Shown here one piece after another: positions 9,391 through 18,608 of a DNA stretch of 64,000 nt. This DNA comes from Candidatus Xiphinematobacter sp. GTDB taxonomy: Bacteria > Verrucomicrobiota > Verrucomicrobiia > Chthoniobacterales > Xiphinematobacteraceae. The stretch is taken from contig CP068473.1 in assembly GCA_016766635.1 (NCBI GenBank), positions 242,673 through 306,672 on the forward strand, read 5' to 3'. A program made the translations under genes and the position numbers. Numbering within the stretch: position 1 is the first letter of the stretch; each line of letters opens with the position of its first letter. Below the pieces are notes generated by a model. That model did no database searches. It had not been told where the DNA came from and saw only the letters and a program-made list of their open reading frames with translations.

Positions 9391-9747
9391 GAAACATCTC
9401 TCACTCACCCCCACCTCTACCGCGCGGAAGACTAAGTTCCCACATTCAAGGAGGCAGAGGGATCCCTTACTTTTTAAAGGTACTCGGTGCCACAACTATC
9501 TCCCATTACTCCCCTTCGCCGAGGAGATCGAGACCGATCGATCTTCCTGTTTTTTGGGCTCACAAAATGGAAGAGGCCTCCAAAAGGGTCCACCGAAGCT
9601 CTTTGTGAAGAGCGTATCGCGGGTGCTCCCAGACTACGAGCACTCTTGGTAGCTGGTTGAACAGTTGCGTTGCTGGCAACTATAGGAAGAGAAGCACGGC
9701 GCCACAAAGCCTTCTGGCTAAGAAAATAGCCCAAGGCTCTTCCATTT

Positions 9748-12111
9748 TTAAGCAATCAGCTCCCGCAATTCTGTAAGTGATAGCCGGTTGATCGCTTCCT
9801 CTAAGTTCAAGACCCCGCTCAGCAATCCCCTCTTATCCTTTTGCATGCGCAGGATACGTTCCTCAACAGTCTTACGCGCAATAAGCTTAATAGAAGTTAC
9901 TGTGTGCTTTTGACCAATACGATATGCGCGAGCTGTAGCTTGCTCCTCGACTGCTGGATTCCACCAAGGATCAAAATGGATCACCGTATCCGCTGCAGTC
10001 AGGTTGAGTCCTACTCCGCCCGCTTTCAGGCTGATTAGAAAAACAGTTAACGAATAATCCTCTTGAAATCGGTTAACAACGTCCTCACGGTCCCGAGTAG
10101 ATCCATCCAGCCTACAGTAGCGGATACTTTCCCTATCCAGAGCTAATGCTATAAGATCCAGCATGGAAGTAAACTGGCTAAAAACCAGCACACGATGGTT
10201 TCCGCCTATAACTTCTCGCATCAGCTCCAGAAGTGCCGTAATTTTTGTGGAGGATTCCATCCCATCTCCGGCCTCTGGATGGACCAGACGGAGATCACAA
10301 CAGAGTTGTCTTAAACGTAATAGAGTAGTTAGGGATAGCAGGCGAGCCACATTAGGATTGGATTTTTTTATGAGGGTGTCGATTTTGCGCTGAGCAGCGA
10401 GTTGAAAGGCCATGTACGCGTCCTTTTGGGTCCTGCTTAGCTCCACCTCCACCACTCTTTCAATTTTGTCGGGGAGATCGTCTACAACCTCCTGCTTTAG
10501 CCGACGCAAAACGTAGGGTCGGACACGACGGCATAGACGACGCAGTACGTCGTCTTTCACAACCCCCTCAAGAAGAGGAGCTTCGTATCGATCCCTAAAA
10601 GACTGCAGCGGGCCTAGATACCCAGGAAGAAGAAAATGAAATAGAGCCCACAAATCACGTATGGAGTTTTCAATAGGGGTCCCGGTAAGGATAAACCTGC
10701 TCTTAGCGCGAAGGGAGTAAACTGCTTTTGCATTTTGACTCTCCGGACTCTTGATGTATTGACCCTCATCCAGAATAACGACAGAGAAAGCAATATCTCG
10801 ATATTGATCTATGTCACGGCGTAAGAGCGCATAACTCGTTATGCCTAACCTGCACTCCGTAGTCTCTGAAAAAAATGCTGCCCGTTTTGGGCCGCATATG
10901 GTAGTGACCTTTTTTCCAGGGAAGAACTGTTTAGCCTCTCTTTCCCAGTTCCAAATTAAAGAGGATGGACAAACTACTAGTGCAGTTCCACCTACAACCT
11001 CCAACATAGCAAGTGTCTGTATTGTTTTCCCCAGTCCCATCTCATCAGCAAGGAGGCCACCGAGGCCAGCTCTTGAGCGATCCACAAGCCACTGTACTCC
11101 TCGAATTTGGTATGGGCGCAGTCGCCCCTTCATAGTCTCTAGGTTCCCCAAGCGGAATGTATCGGGAGATACGGTTGAAGCCATGCCGGACCATATCGCC
11201 GTACTATCCTGTAGATAGGGGGCAAACATCGCGGGAATGTGCCATACTCTACCCCTCTGAATTGGGTTACAATCCCGAAGCACCTCTTCTATATCAGTAA
11301 GTGCTGCTACATTGGCTACGGCTATACTGCCGCTTTTTAGATGGACGTAAGAACGTCCCTTCAAGAGGAGTTTCTGTATATCTGCCTGGGAAAAAGTGGC
11401 TTCTGTGCCAGCCTTGTAATGGATATGGAAATCCAACCAACCGTCTTCACGCTTGCAAATGGCAAACTGAGGCTCAATAGGCATAAGGTTCCCAGCAGCA
11501 TGATTCCACCTCGTGCCTTCTGTGATTTTCCACTTACCGCGTAATCTGGGAAGACCTGTGGCACAAAAGTTGAGTATTGCATCCTCTCCATGGAGATGCA
11601 TGTGTTCCCCTCTTCCATGTTCAAATCCCCAGTCGAGCAATTCTGTAAAAATGATGTCTTCTGCCACGGGATTCTGATAGTTAGGTTGTGAATAATGAAA
11701 ACGGAGCTTGGCTTCCATGCAGCGGAGTGAGCCTTCAAGGAATAGCTGCACTTGCGGGGATTCACCTTTTTTTCCGCCCTCTCTATCCGGCAGACTGGAA
11801 AGAGAAGCAGAAGTTGGTAACGGAGTATCGGGGACCGATGGAAGTAGTGAGCTGAGCCCTATGGCTACTGAGTGTTCACAAATAATCCCATAGAGACGTG
11901 ATTCCCTACAGGAACACAGGTTTTCTACATCAATAGAACTGCGGACTAGCAAACCGGAAAACAACCGCCTTCCGCAGATCTTAATTTTTCCCTTGAGTAC
12001 CGGCGGTTCATAAGAAACTTCGCTGATCAGACCATCCACACATAGGCGTTTTGCCTTGAGGAACACTTGTGCTCCACTCATAGACATCAAAATTTTCTCC
12101 GTTAATTCCAT
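9748..12111 (-). CDS. SNF2-family DNA-dependent ATPase/helicase with N-terminal SWIM zinc finger
   Basis: SWIM CxC...CxH 'CSCRESRLYGIICEH'. SNF2 motifs 'LRPYQIRGVQWL', 'LADEMGLGKTIQTLA', 'ILDEGQYIKS', and helicase-C 'GGVGLNLTAADTVIHFDPWWNPAVEEQATARAYRIGQ'. The ORF track starts at a GTG at 12147. The ATG at 12111 (MELTEKIL) is an alternative start. Confidence 0.85.
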   Translation of the reverse strand: MELTEKILMSMSGAQVFLKAKRLCVDGLISEVSYEPPVLKGKIKICGRRLFSGLLVRSSIDVENLCSCRESRLYGIICEHSVAIGLSSLLPSVPDTPLPTSASLSSLPDREGGKKGESPQVQLFLEGSLRCMEAKLRFHYSQPNYQNPVAEDIIFTELLDWGFEHGRGEHMHLHGEDAILNFCATGLPRLRGKWKITEGTRWNHAAGNLMPIEPQFAICKREDGWLDFHIHYKAGTEATFSQADIQKLLLKGRSYVHLKSGSIAVANVAALTDIEEVLRDCNPIQRGRVWHIPAMFAPYLQDSTAIWSGMASTVSPDTFRLGNLETMKGRLRPYQIRGVQWLVDRSRAGLGGLLADEMGLGKTIQTLAMLEVVGGTALVVCPSSLIWNWEREAKQFFPGKKVTTICGPKRAAFFSETTECRLGITSYALLRRDIDQYRDIAFSVVILDEGQYIKSPESQNAKAVYSLRAKSRFILTGTPIENSIRDLWALFHFLLPGYLGPLQSFRDRYEAPLLEGVVKDDVLRRLCRRVRPYVLRRLKQEVVDDLPDKIERVVEVELSRTQKDAYMAFQLAAQRKIDTLIKKSNPNVARLLSLTTLLRLRQLCCDLRLVHPEAGDGMESSTKITALLELMREVIGGNHRVLVFSQFTSMLDLIALALDRESIRYCRLDGSTRDREDVVNRFQEDYSLTVFLISLKAGGVGLNLTAADTVIHFDPWWNPAVEEQATARAYRIGQKHTVTSIKLIARKTVEERILRMQKDKRGLLSGVLNLEEAINRLSLTELRELIA

Positions 12112-12193
12112 GGGGCAGCAGTTATTTTTACTAGCCAGAGGGGCCACTCAGGACCATCTTCAGCTTGTGCCAAGAGGCGCACAGGCACCATAC

Positions 12194-12622
12194 CTAGGTT
12201 CCTATGGCGGCTATATCCACTGTCCTGGAGTGGGTAGTTTTACGATGTTCAAAGACAAATATCCCCTGCCATCTTCCTAAAGCGAGCTTGCCACAGACAA
12301 TTGGCAAAGCTTCACTTGTGCGGGTGAGTGCTGCGCGTAAATGACCAGTGGAATCGTCTGGCCCCTCTACTGTATGAACCAAATTCGGATTTTCTTCCGG
12401 TGCCATGCGATCAAAGTAGGAATGCAGGTCCTCTCTGGCAGTGGGATCAGCATTCTCGTAGGTTATTAAGCTGGCACTTGTATGCCGAATAAACACTACT
12501 GCCACTCCTGTCTGAATCAGCGATTGCCGTACGACCTCTTGAACCATTTGGGTAATCTCATAAGTCCCTTTTCCATGAGTAGGGACGATAATAAGCCGAT
12601 GAAGAGCTATCATGAGCAGCAC
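12194..12622 (-). CDS. yjbQ: YjbQ/UPF0047 family protein (secondary thiamine-phosphate synthase-like)
   Basis: 142 aa with 'GVAVVFIRHTSASLITYENADPTAREDL' and 'HLRAALTRTSEALPIVCGKLALGRWQGIFVFEH', typical of UPF0047. Confidence 0.8.
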   Translation of the reverse strand: MLLMIALHRLIIVPTHGKGTYEITQMVQEVVRQSLIQTGVAVVFIRHTSASLITYENADPTAREDLHSYFDRMAPEENPNLVHTVEGPDDSTGHLRAALTRTSEALPIVCGKLALGRWQGIFVFEHRKTTHSRTVDIAAIGT

Positions 12623-12642
12623 TGCATGCAGGGAGAGTACAA

Positions 12643-12691
12643 CCCCTTAACCCCTTACCCCCCTTAACCCCTTACCCCTTTGGAGGGGGGG
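12643..12691 (-). repeat. G-tract microsatellite (GGGG-TAA/TTAA)x5 plus an adjacent C7 run, upstream of yjbQ
   Basis: The minus strand reads CCCCCCCTCCAAAGGGGTAAGGGGTTAAGGGGGGTAAGGGGTTAAGGGG. It lies 21-69 nt upstream of the yjbQ start codon. Confidence 0.8.
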
Positions 12692-13104
12692 ATAATCCAT
12701 CCTAGTCCTAGGGGAAGCAATAGTGCCAGTCGTTCCTGGCGGGTGCAAGCAGGTAAGCAAAGAGACGGCCGACAAAACCCAGAAAACCCAGTAAAGTCCG
12801 GCCACAACTAACTAGTTAGCAACCAACTAGGGTCCCCACCCTGAAGGAGGTAGGAAAGTAAGTGCTGGAAATTGAGATTATTGCCGCCTTGCCGCCTAAA
12901 TAATTGTTTCATACATCGGTCACACCTCCGCATCCAAGATACTTTTTCCCTTTTTCCTGCCCCCTACGTGGAAGCAGCTAACAAATAAAAAAACCGACCT
13001 TCGCAATATCTTCCTCCTTTTTTTCACCTTGTCAGCACGAAGGAATGAGGTTAGCGTCAGTGCGAGGTTGCGTTGATGAAACTTTGGTAGAGGAGGGAAC
13101 GGCT

Positions 13105-13368
13105 ATGCTTAAGGCGGAAAGTTCTGAGATAGAAGGACGGCTCCGGCTCCACCAGCGGGACACTGGTAGTGCGGACGTGCAGGTGGCCCTTCTTACGAAG
13201 CGGATTAGCCGTCTGACGGAGCATCTTAGGGGGCACAGGAAGGACTACTCCTGCCGAAGGGGTCTTACCAGGCTTGTGTCATGCCGCCGTCGTCTGCTAG
13301 AATACCTAAGGGACGTCTCCTTTGGGCGTTATCAGAATGTCAGAGAAAAGCTCCAGCTTAGAAAATAA
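13105..13368 (+). CDS. rpsO: 30S ribosomal protein S15
   Basis: 'TGSADVQVALLTKRISRLTEHLRGHRKDYSCRRGLTRLVSCRRRLLEYL' matches the S15 core. The internal ATG at 13105 gives an 87-aa protein of normal size, and pnp lies immediately downstream as usual. Confidence 0.9.
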   Translation: MLKAESSEIEGRLRLHQRDTGSADVQVALLTKRISRLTEHLRGHRKDYSCRRGLTRLVSCRRRLLEYLRDVSFGRYQNVREKLQLRK

Positions 13369-13386
13369 TAATAGGGAGTAAGGAAT

Positions 13387-15507
13387 TTGTACTCTGTAAC
13401 TCGTCAGATAGGAGAGGGCACGGTTACCGTTGAAACGGGTAAGATGGCAAAACTTTCCGATGGTGCGGTCACCGTTTGCTGTGGAGAGACTATCGTTCTC
13501 GTTTCTGCAGTCTCCTCGACTACCCTCAAGGAGGGGCAAGATTTTTTTCCCCTTACTGTAGACTACCGTGAAAAGGCGGCTGCGGCCGGTAAGTTTCCTG
13601 GGGGATACTTTAAAAGAGAGGGACGTCCCACTGAAAAGGAAACGTTGACCTCTAGAATGACTGACCGGCCCCTCCGCCCCCTTTTCCCAAAGGGGTACTT
13701 CTATGACACGCAGATCATCAGTCTTCTGTTGAGTGCTGATGGAGAAAATGATCCTGATATCCTTAGTATCAATGGTGCCTCTGCTGCGCTCGCCGTTTCT
13801 GACATTCCATTTGCTGGGCCGATAGGCGCCGTGCGCATAGGATACGTCTGCAGCAAGTTTGTTGTGAATCCCACTCATACACAACGCGCTCAGAGTGATT
13901 TAGACCTTGTTTATGTAGGAGACGGAAAAAATGTCATTATGATTGAAGGCACTGCGGAGGAGTTACCTGAGTCGAAGCTCATTGCAGCATTCCCAATCGC
14001 CTGCGAATACGTTGCTGCTTTAGTCGATGCTCAGAGAGAACTTCAGCGCCTTGCTGGAAAAGCTAAGCGCGTGGTGCCTCTACTTACCGTATGTGATGCC
14101 CTATCGGAGACTGTCTATCAAGTGGCTGGTAGTCGAATCGAGGCAGCCCTCTATACCTCTGGTAAGCAAGCTAGGGAAAGGGCCATTGGGGCCTTAAGAG
14201 AGGAGGTGAGAACTGCTGTGCTTGCAAAATATCCTCAGGCAACTCTTTTTGACGTTACTCAGGCATTTGACCTCCTCCAGAAGAGAGCATTTCGCGCCGG
14301 CATCCTGGACCGCCATCAGCGTTGCGATGGGCGTGTCCTCCATCAATTGCGGCCAATTTCTTCCGAAGTGGGGTTAGTTCCACGAGCTCACGGTTCAGCG
14401 ATGTTCCAACGTGGTGAAACTCAAGCCCTTGCTCTGGCAACTCTTGGTACCATTAATGAGGCTCAGATGATTGATGCCTATGGTGGCGGGGAGGAGAGCA
14501 AGCGGTTTATCCTTCATTATAACTTTCCACCGTTTAGTGTCGGGGAAACGGGCCGGATGGGAGGAAGTAGTAGACGGGAAGTTGGGCATGGAGCTCTAGC
14601 TGAGCGTTCCATTGCGCCTGTTGTTCCTACTGAGAATGAATTCCCCTATGCCATCCGCATAAGTAGCGAGGTAATGGAGTCGAATGGTTCCACATCGATG
14701 GCTGCTGTCTGTAGCGGAACTCTGGCTCTTATGGATGCAGGAGTCCCAATTGATCGGCCTGTGGCTGGCATCTCTGTTGGCCTTGTTACTGAGTTCGCAG
14801 ACGATGGGTCTCTAACCCGTCACGCTACCTTCACCGACATTATTGGCCTGGAAGACCATTTTGGAGATATGGACTTCAAACTCTGTGGCACCTCTTTGGG
14901 GGTAACTGGATTCCAACTCGATCTCAAGCTTCCTGGGATCGGTCACGAGATCCTAACCGAGGCTGTAGAGCAGGCTGCAGAGGCTAGAACCCATATTCTT
15001 CAGCAGATGGTCGCGACTATTTCTGCACCTCGTGCAGAGCTCAATCCCCATGCTCCTCGCATTGAGACTATTCACATCCCCAGTGAGAAGATCGGGCTTC
15101 TAATTGGCCCCGGTGGGAAAACTATCCGCGGCATCGTTGCCGAGAGCGGAGCAGAGATTAATATCGAAGACGATGGCTCCGTCCGCATCTACTCTAATAG
15201 CAGAGACAGCCTTCAACGGGCCAAAGAGATTATTCAGGGGATGGTTAGGGAGGTAATGGTAGGGGAGATGTATCAGGGTACTGTGGTGTCCATTAGAGAA
15301 TTTGGTGCCTTTGTCGAGATCCTTCCAGGAAAAGATGGATTGGTGCATATTTCCGAACTTACTGATTCACGTGTGAAAAGGGTAGAGGACGTGCTCTCCG
15401 TCGGAGACAGCGTCTGGGTGCAGTGTATCGGGATTGACGAAAAGGGGCGCGTGAAGCTTAGCCGAAGAAAGGCCATGAAAAGGCGCAGTGTTGTTGAAGC
15501 TGCATAG
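13387..15507 (+). CDS. pnp: Polyribonucleotide nucleotidyltransferase (PNPase)
   Basis: 706 aa with two RNase PH domains ('FPLTVDYREKAAAAGKFPGGYFKREGRP', 'RREVGHGALAERS'), a KH domain ('IGLLIGPGGKTIRGI') and an S1 domain ('GTVVSIREFGAFVEILPGKDGLVHISEL'). TTG start preceded by GGGAGTAAGG. Confidence 0.95.
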   Translation: MYSVTRQIGEGTVTVETGKMAKLSDGAVTVCCGETIVLVSAVSSTTLKEGQDFFPLTVDYREKAAAAGKFPGGYFKREGRPTEKETLTSRMTDRPLRPLFPKGYFYDTQIISLLLSADGENDPDILSINGASAALAVSDIPFAGPIGAVRIGYVCSKFVVNPTHTQRAQSDLDLVYVGDGKNVIMIEGTAEELPESKLIAAFPIACEYVAALVDAQRELQRLAGKAKRVVPLLTVCDALSETVYQVAGSRIEAALYTSGKQARERAIGALREEVRTAVLAKYPQATLFDVTQAFDLLQKRAFRAGILDRHQRCDGRVLHQLRPISSEVGLVPRAHGSAMFQRGETQALALATLGTINEAQMIDAYGGGEESKRFILHYNFPPFSVGETGRMGGSSRREVGHGALAERSIAPVVPTENEFPYAIRISSEVMESNGSTSMAAVCSGTLALMDAGVPIDRPVAGISVGLVTEFADDGSLTRHATFTDIIGLEDHFGDMDFKLCGTSLGVTGFQLDLKLPGIGHEILTEAVEQAAEARTHILQQMVATISAPRAELNPHAPRIETIHIPSEKIGLLIGPGGKTIRGIVAESGAEINIEDDGSVRIYSNSRDSLQRAKEIIQGMVREVMVGEMYQGTVVSIREFGAFVEILPGKDGLVHISELTDSRVKRVEDVLSVGDSVWVQCIGIDEKGRVKLSRRKAMKRRSVVEAA

Positions 15508-15516
15508 AGCACTGCC

Positions 15517-16698
15517 TTACCCTGCTCGTTTTCTGGTACTTTGGCAACGGACCCTTTTTTCTAGCACCTTGCGGTAAACCTGCAGGGTCTCTTGCATTCG
15601 GCAATTGAGCGAGAATCGCTCTCTTCCTCTCGTTGCTGCCTCCCTTGCAAGCCTCGATCGTAGTGCACCATCCTCTACTAACCTGGTCATCGCCCCAGCT
15701 AGGGCCTCTACATTACCAGGAGGCACCAGTAGCCCGACCTTCCCAGCATTGACTACCTCGGGGAGGCCACCGGCACAGCTCGTGATTACCGGCTTTCCAA
15801 GACAAATGGCTTCAGGCGTGGTCCTAGACTGAGCTTCCCTTAAAGAGGGAATTACTGCAACATCCAGGGCAGCAGTTGCTTCTGCTACTTCCTCGGCATG
15901 TCCATGTAGAATTAAAGGGGTCTTCCTAGAAAGGACTATCGGGTTCCCCGGCCTCCAGCCATCATAGCCAAATTCCTCCTGTACAATCTTCAGGTATTTT
16001 TCCCGCATCGAAGAACCGTGCTTGGGATTATCCCCAACGATAACGAAACGGGCACTCGGTGAGCATCTCCTGACAATTGCAGCTGCCTTGATAAAAATAT
16101 CCTGTCCTTTCTCGGGGCGCAGCATGCCCACGCAACCAAATAAAACGTCCTTTGGAGTTGCTCCCCAGAGAAGGCGAAAATTACCTCCATCTACACCTGG
16201 GTGAAAGCGTTTGATGTTCACCCCTTCTCCAATAACGGTCATCCTTTCCGGCGGAATCCGATTGTTCTCCAAAAGGGCATCATGAATTACCCTTGCAGTG
16301 GGTAATAGATGATCACATCCATATCGGTAGCAGAACGTTCTGAAAAAACTCCTTCCTACTGGGTTGGTAATATGGCGACTTCGAACTATCGGGATGCCAA
16401 ATAGCCGCAAGGGGACAGATATCCAAGCATCGATCGGACTATGCGTGTGCACCAAGTCACAGTTGAGCTCACGGACCAGCCTAAATAGTTTCCAAGTAGA
16501 TGAAGGGGCAAATGTGGAAACCATCTTTAGTGGTAGAACGTATGTGCCGTGAGCAGGTCCAGTTTGAAAGAGTTCGCTATCCGGATTACATGCTATCCAA
16601 GCTTGATGCCCAGCTGCATTTAACCATTGTACCTCATCAGAAATTCGATACTCTTCCCCTCCGGAGTTAAGTCCGGACTCTATGTGCAAAATACGCAT
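15517..16698 (-). CDS. Glycosyltransferase, GT4 family (GT-B fold)
   Basis: 393 aa. N-terminal 'MRILHIESGLNSGGEE' and the C-terminal EX7E-type region 'PSLREAQSRTTPEAICLGKPVITSCAGGLPEVV'. Confidence 0.8.
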   Translation of the reverse strand: MRILHIESGLNSGGEEYRISDEVQWLNAAGHQAWIACNPDSELFQTGPAHGTYVLPLKMVSTFAPSSTWKLFRLVRELNCDLVHTHSPIDAWISVPLRLFGIPIVRSRHITNPVGRSFFRTFCYRYGCDHLLPTARVIHDALLENNRIPPERMTVIGEGVNIKRFHPGVDGGNFRLLWGATPKDVLFGCVGMLRPEKGQDIFIKAAAIVRRCSPSARFVIVGDNPKHGSSMREKYLKIVQEEFGYDGWRPGNPIVLSRKTPLILHGHAEEVAEATAALDVAVIPSLREAQSRTTPEAICLGKPVITSCAGGLPEVVNAGKVGLLVPPGNVEALAGAMTRLVEDGALRSRLAREAATRGRERFSLNCRMQETLQVYRKVLEKRVRCQSTRKRAG

Positions 16699-16699
16699 T

Positions 16700-17431
16700 T
16701 CATGCCTTACCTTCTCCCGCGACTTCTTGTCGTTTCTGTTGGGAAAGAGCTACCCCACTTTCGATCTGTATCCATCGATCCCCACGGCGTGCAAGAGAGA
16801 GATCATGAGTAACCGTCACAAGAGTTAAGTCCTCTTGGTGTACCAGATTTAGAAGGAGACCAATGATTGTTTTACCAGTGCATGAGTCCAAGTTTCCTGT
16901 GGGTTCATCCGCGAACAAAACGACAGGCCTATTGATTAGAGCTCTGGCAATCGCGACGCGTTGTTGCTCCCCACCGCTTAGTTCTGCAGGTAGATGACTC
17001 CAGCGCTTCCCTAAGCCTACCCGATCTAAAAGCTCCTGAGCACGGTTGGTCGGCCGATTACCGAGGATTATGGCCGGCAGGAGTGTATTTTCTAGGACAG
17101 TTAATTCAGGAAAAAGAAAATAGGATTGAAACACAAACCCCATCCTAGAGTTCCTTAACTTGGTGATCCAAAGAGGGTTCATCTCATAAAGAGACACACC
17201 TTCAAAGAGAATCTGTCCTGACTTAGGCCGTTCTAGCCCTGCTAAAGCATAAAGCAGGGTCGTTTTCCCAGCTCCTGAAGTACCGCAAATAAACACGGTC
17301 TCTCCATGGAAAATTTGTAGATCGACGCCCCCAAGGACTTCCACGCACTCCCCCCCTACCTGGAAGGACTGGCGAAGCCTAACTGCCTCTATCTGTATTT
17401 CGGACACTAGTGTGGAAGATAAAAACCCCAT
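16700..17431 (-). CDS. ABC transporter ATP-binding protein, LolD/MacB/FtsE-like subfamily
   Basis: Walker A 'GTSGAGKTTL', Q-loop 'FVFQSYFLFPELTVLEN', signature 'LSGGEQQRVAIARAL' and Walker B 'VLFADEPTGNLD'. The ATG at 17431 is preferred. Its stop codon lies 1 nt before the downstream GT4 start. Confidence 0.85.
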   Translation of the reverse strand: MGFLSSTLVSEIQIEAVRLRQSFQVGGECVEVLGGVDLQIFHGETVFICGTSGAGKTTLLYALAGLERPKSGQILFEGVSLYEMNPLWITKLRNSRMGFVFQSYFLFPELTVLENTLLPAIILGNRPTNRAQELLDRVGLGKRWSHLPAELSGGEQQRVAIARALINRPVVLFADEPTGNLDSCTGKTIIGLLLNLVHQEDLTLVTVTHDLSLARRGDRWIQIESGVALSQQKRQEVAGEGKA

Positions 17432-17556
17432 CTGGAAGCGCAACTTAAATCGGAAAGCCACCCGCAGGGGTACCAAATTTAATACTTTTTTCTAGCATTT
17501 CTTCAAACGGGAGAAGACACCAAGAGGGGAGAGGCTGAATCTATCCAACGTCATCC

Positions 17557-18564
17557 ATGAAGTTCTTTTTACTCGTCCCTGTCTATTGGGCTGCACTCTC
17601 TCTGGACACGGCCGTTTTCGCAAGTACGGAAAAGCAGATTTTTCTACAGGGAATAGGAGCCTCTTTTCCAGCCCCTCTTTATCAACGTTGGATCGCCGAG
17701 TTTAGCAAGAGGCGCCCAGACATCGAAGTGAACTACCAAGCAATTGGAAGTGGTGCAGGTATTAAGGGCTTGAGGAGGCGTGTTGTGGACTTTGCTGCAA
17801 GCGACGTCATAGCCCCTAAAAAGGGTGCAGCCATCCCAAAGGGGATTGTAACAATTCCAGTCATTGGAGGATCAGTTGTCCTAGGCTATAATCTTCCTGG
17901 TATTACTTCCCTCAGGCTTTCCCGCAAAGCTTATGTCGACATTTTTCTTGGAAGAATTACCTGTTGGAATGATCCGGATATTGTCTCTACAAACTGCGAA
18001 GTAGTACTGCCGGACCTCCCCATCCTTGTTGTCACGCGCTCAGATGGGAGTGGAACCACGTTTGCATTTACCCGACATCTCTCTGCAATCAGCCAAGATT
18101 TCAAGAAAACTATTGGTGCTAACAAATCTGTAGCTTGGCCTACTGGTGTAGCTGGAAAGGGAAATGACGGAGTTACTACGCTTATTAAGCAAATCCCTGG
18201 CGCCATCGGCTACATGGAATACGGCTACGCCATCAGCAGCGGGGTTACGTTCCCTGAACTGCAAAATAAGTCTGGAAATTTTGTAAGAGCTACACCAGTA
18301 AGCGGCTATACTGCCTTGTCCTCTATCTCCTCATCTGAGAACTCACCAACTGACCCGGACGGAGGGGGAGACTACCCAATTGTTACCTTCAGCTGGCTCC
18401 TTCTGTATAAAACCTATAAAGATGCCGAAAAAAGCAGGGCTCTGAAGGCCTTCGTAGGTTATGCTCTGACCGCTGGTCAATCGTTGGCTGCACAACTTGG
18501 CTACATCCCCCTACCGTCCCTAATAGTAGGGCCAACCCAAGAAAAGTTGGCTGGTGTAAAATAG
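17557..18564 (+). CDS. pstS: Phosphate ABC transporter substrate-binding protein PstS
   Basis: Signal peptide, then 'GASFPAPLYQRW...YQAIGSGAGI' and 'VVTRSDGSGTTFAFT'. It heads the pstSCAB-phoU block. Confidence 0.9.
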   Translation: MKFFLLVPVYWAALSLDTAVFASTEKQIFLQGIGASFPAPLYQRWIAEFSKRRPDIEVNYQAIGSGAGIKGLRRRVVDFAASDVIAPKKGAAIPKGIVTIPVIGGSVVLGYNLPGITSLRLSRKAYVDIFLGRITCWNDPDIVSTNCEVVLPDLPILVVTRSDGSGTTFAFTRHLSAISQDFKKTIGANKSVAWPTGVAGKGNDGVTTLIKQIPGAIGYMEYGYAISSGVTFPELQNKSGNFVRATPVSGYTALSSISSSENSPTDPDGGGDYPIVTFSWLLLYKTYKDAEKSRALKAFVGYALTAGQSLAAQLGYIPLPSLIVGPTQEKLAGVK

Positions 18565-18608
18565 CCAACCCCGATCTGCCTACAATCTGTCTAGAATAGG
18601 CTGTCACT

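Noticed and set aside
12643-12691. The CCCCTTA(A/C) repeats could be read as eukaryotic (ciliate-like) telomere contamination or a linear-replicon end.
   Set aside because: The repeat is only about 40 nt long and is embedded between ordinary bacterial genes (yjbQ, rpsO) on both sides. It is better explained as a local microsatellite or G4 motif.
13306-13884. 192-aa antisense ORF overlapping pnp. Similar shadow ORFs occur at 801-1205, 11361-11765, 33000-33608, 50591-50950 and 55741-56130.
   Set aside because: They overlap strongly supported genes on the opposite strand or in another frame and show no family motifs. These are typical shadow ORFs.
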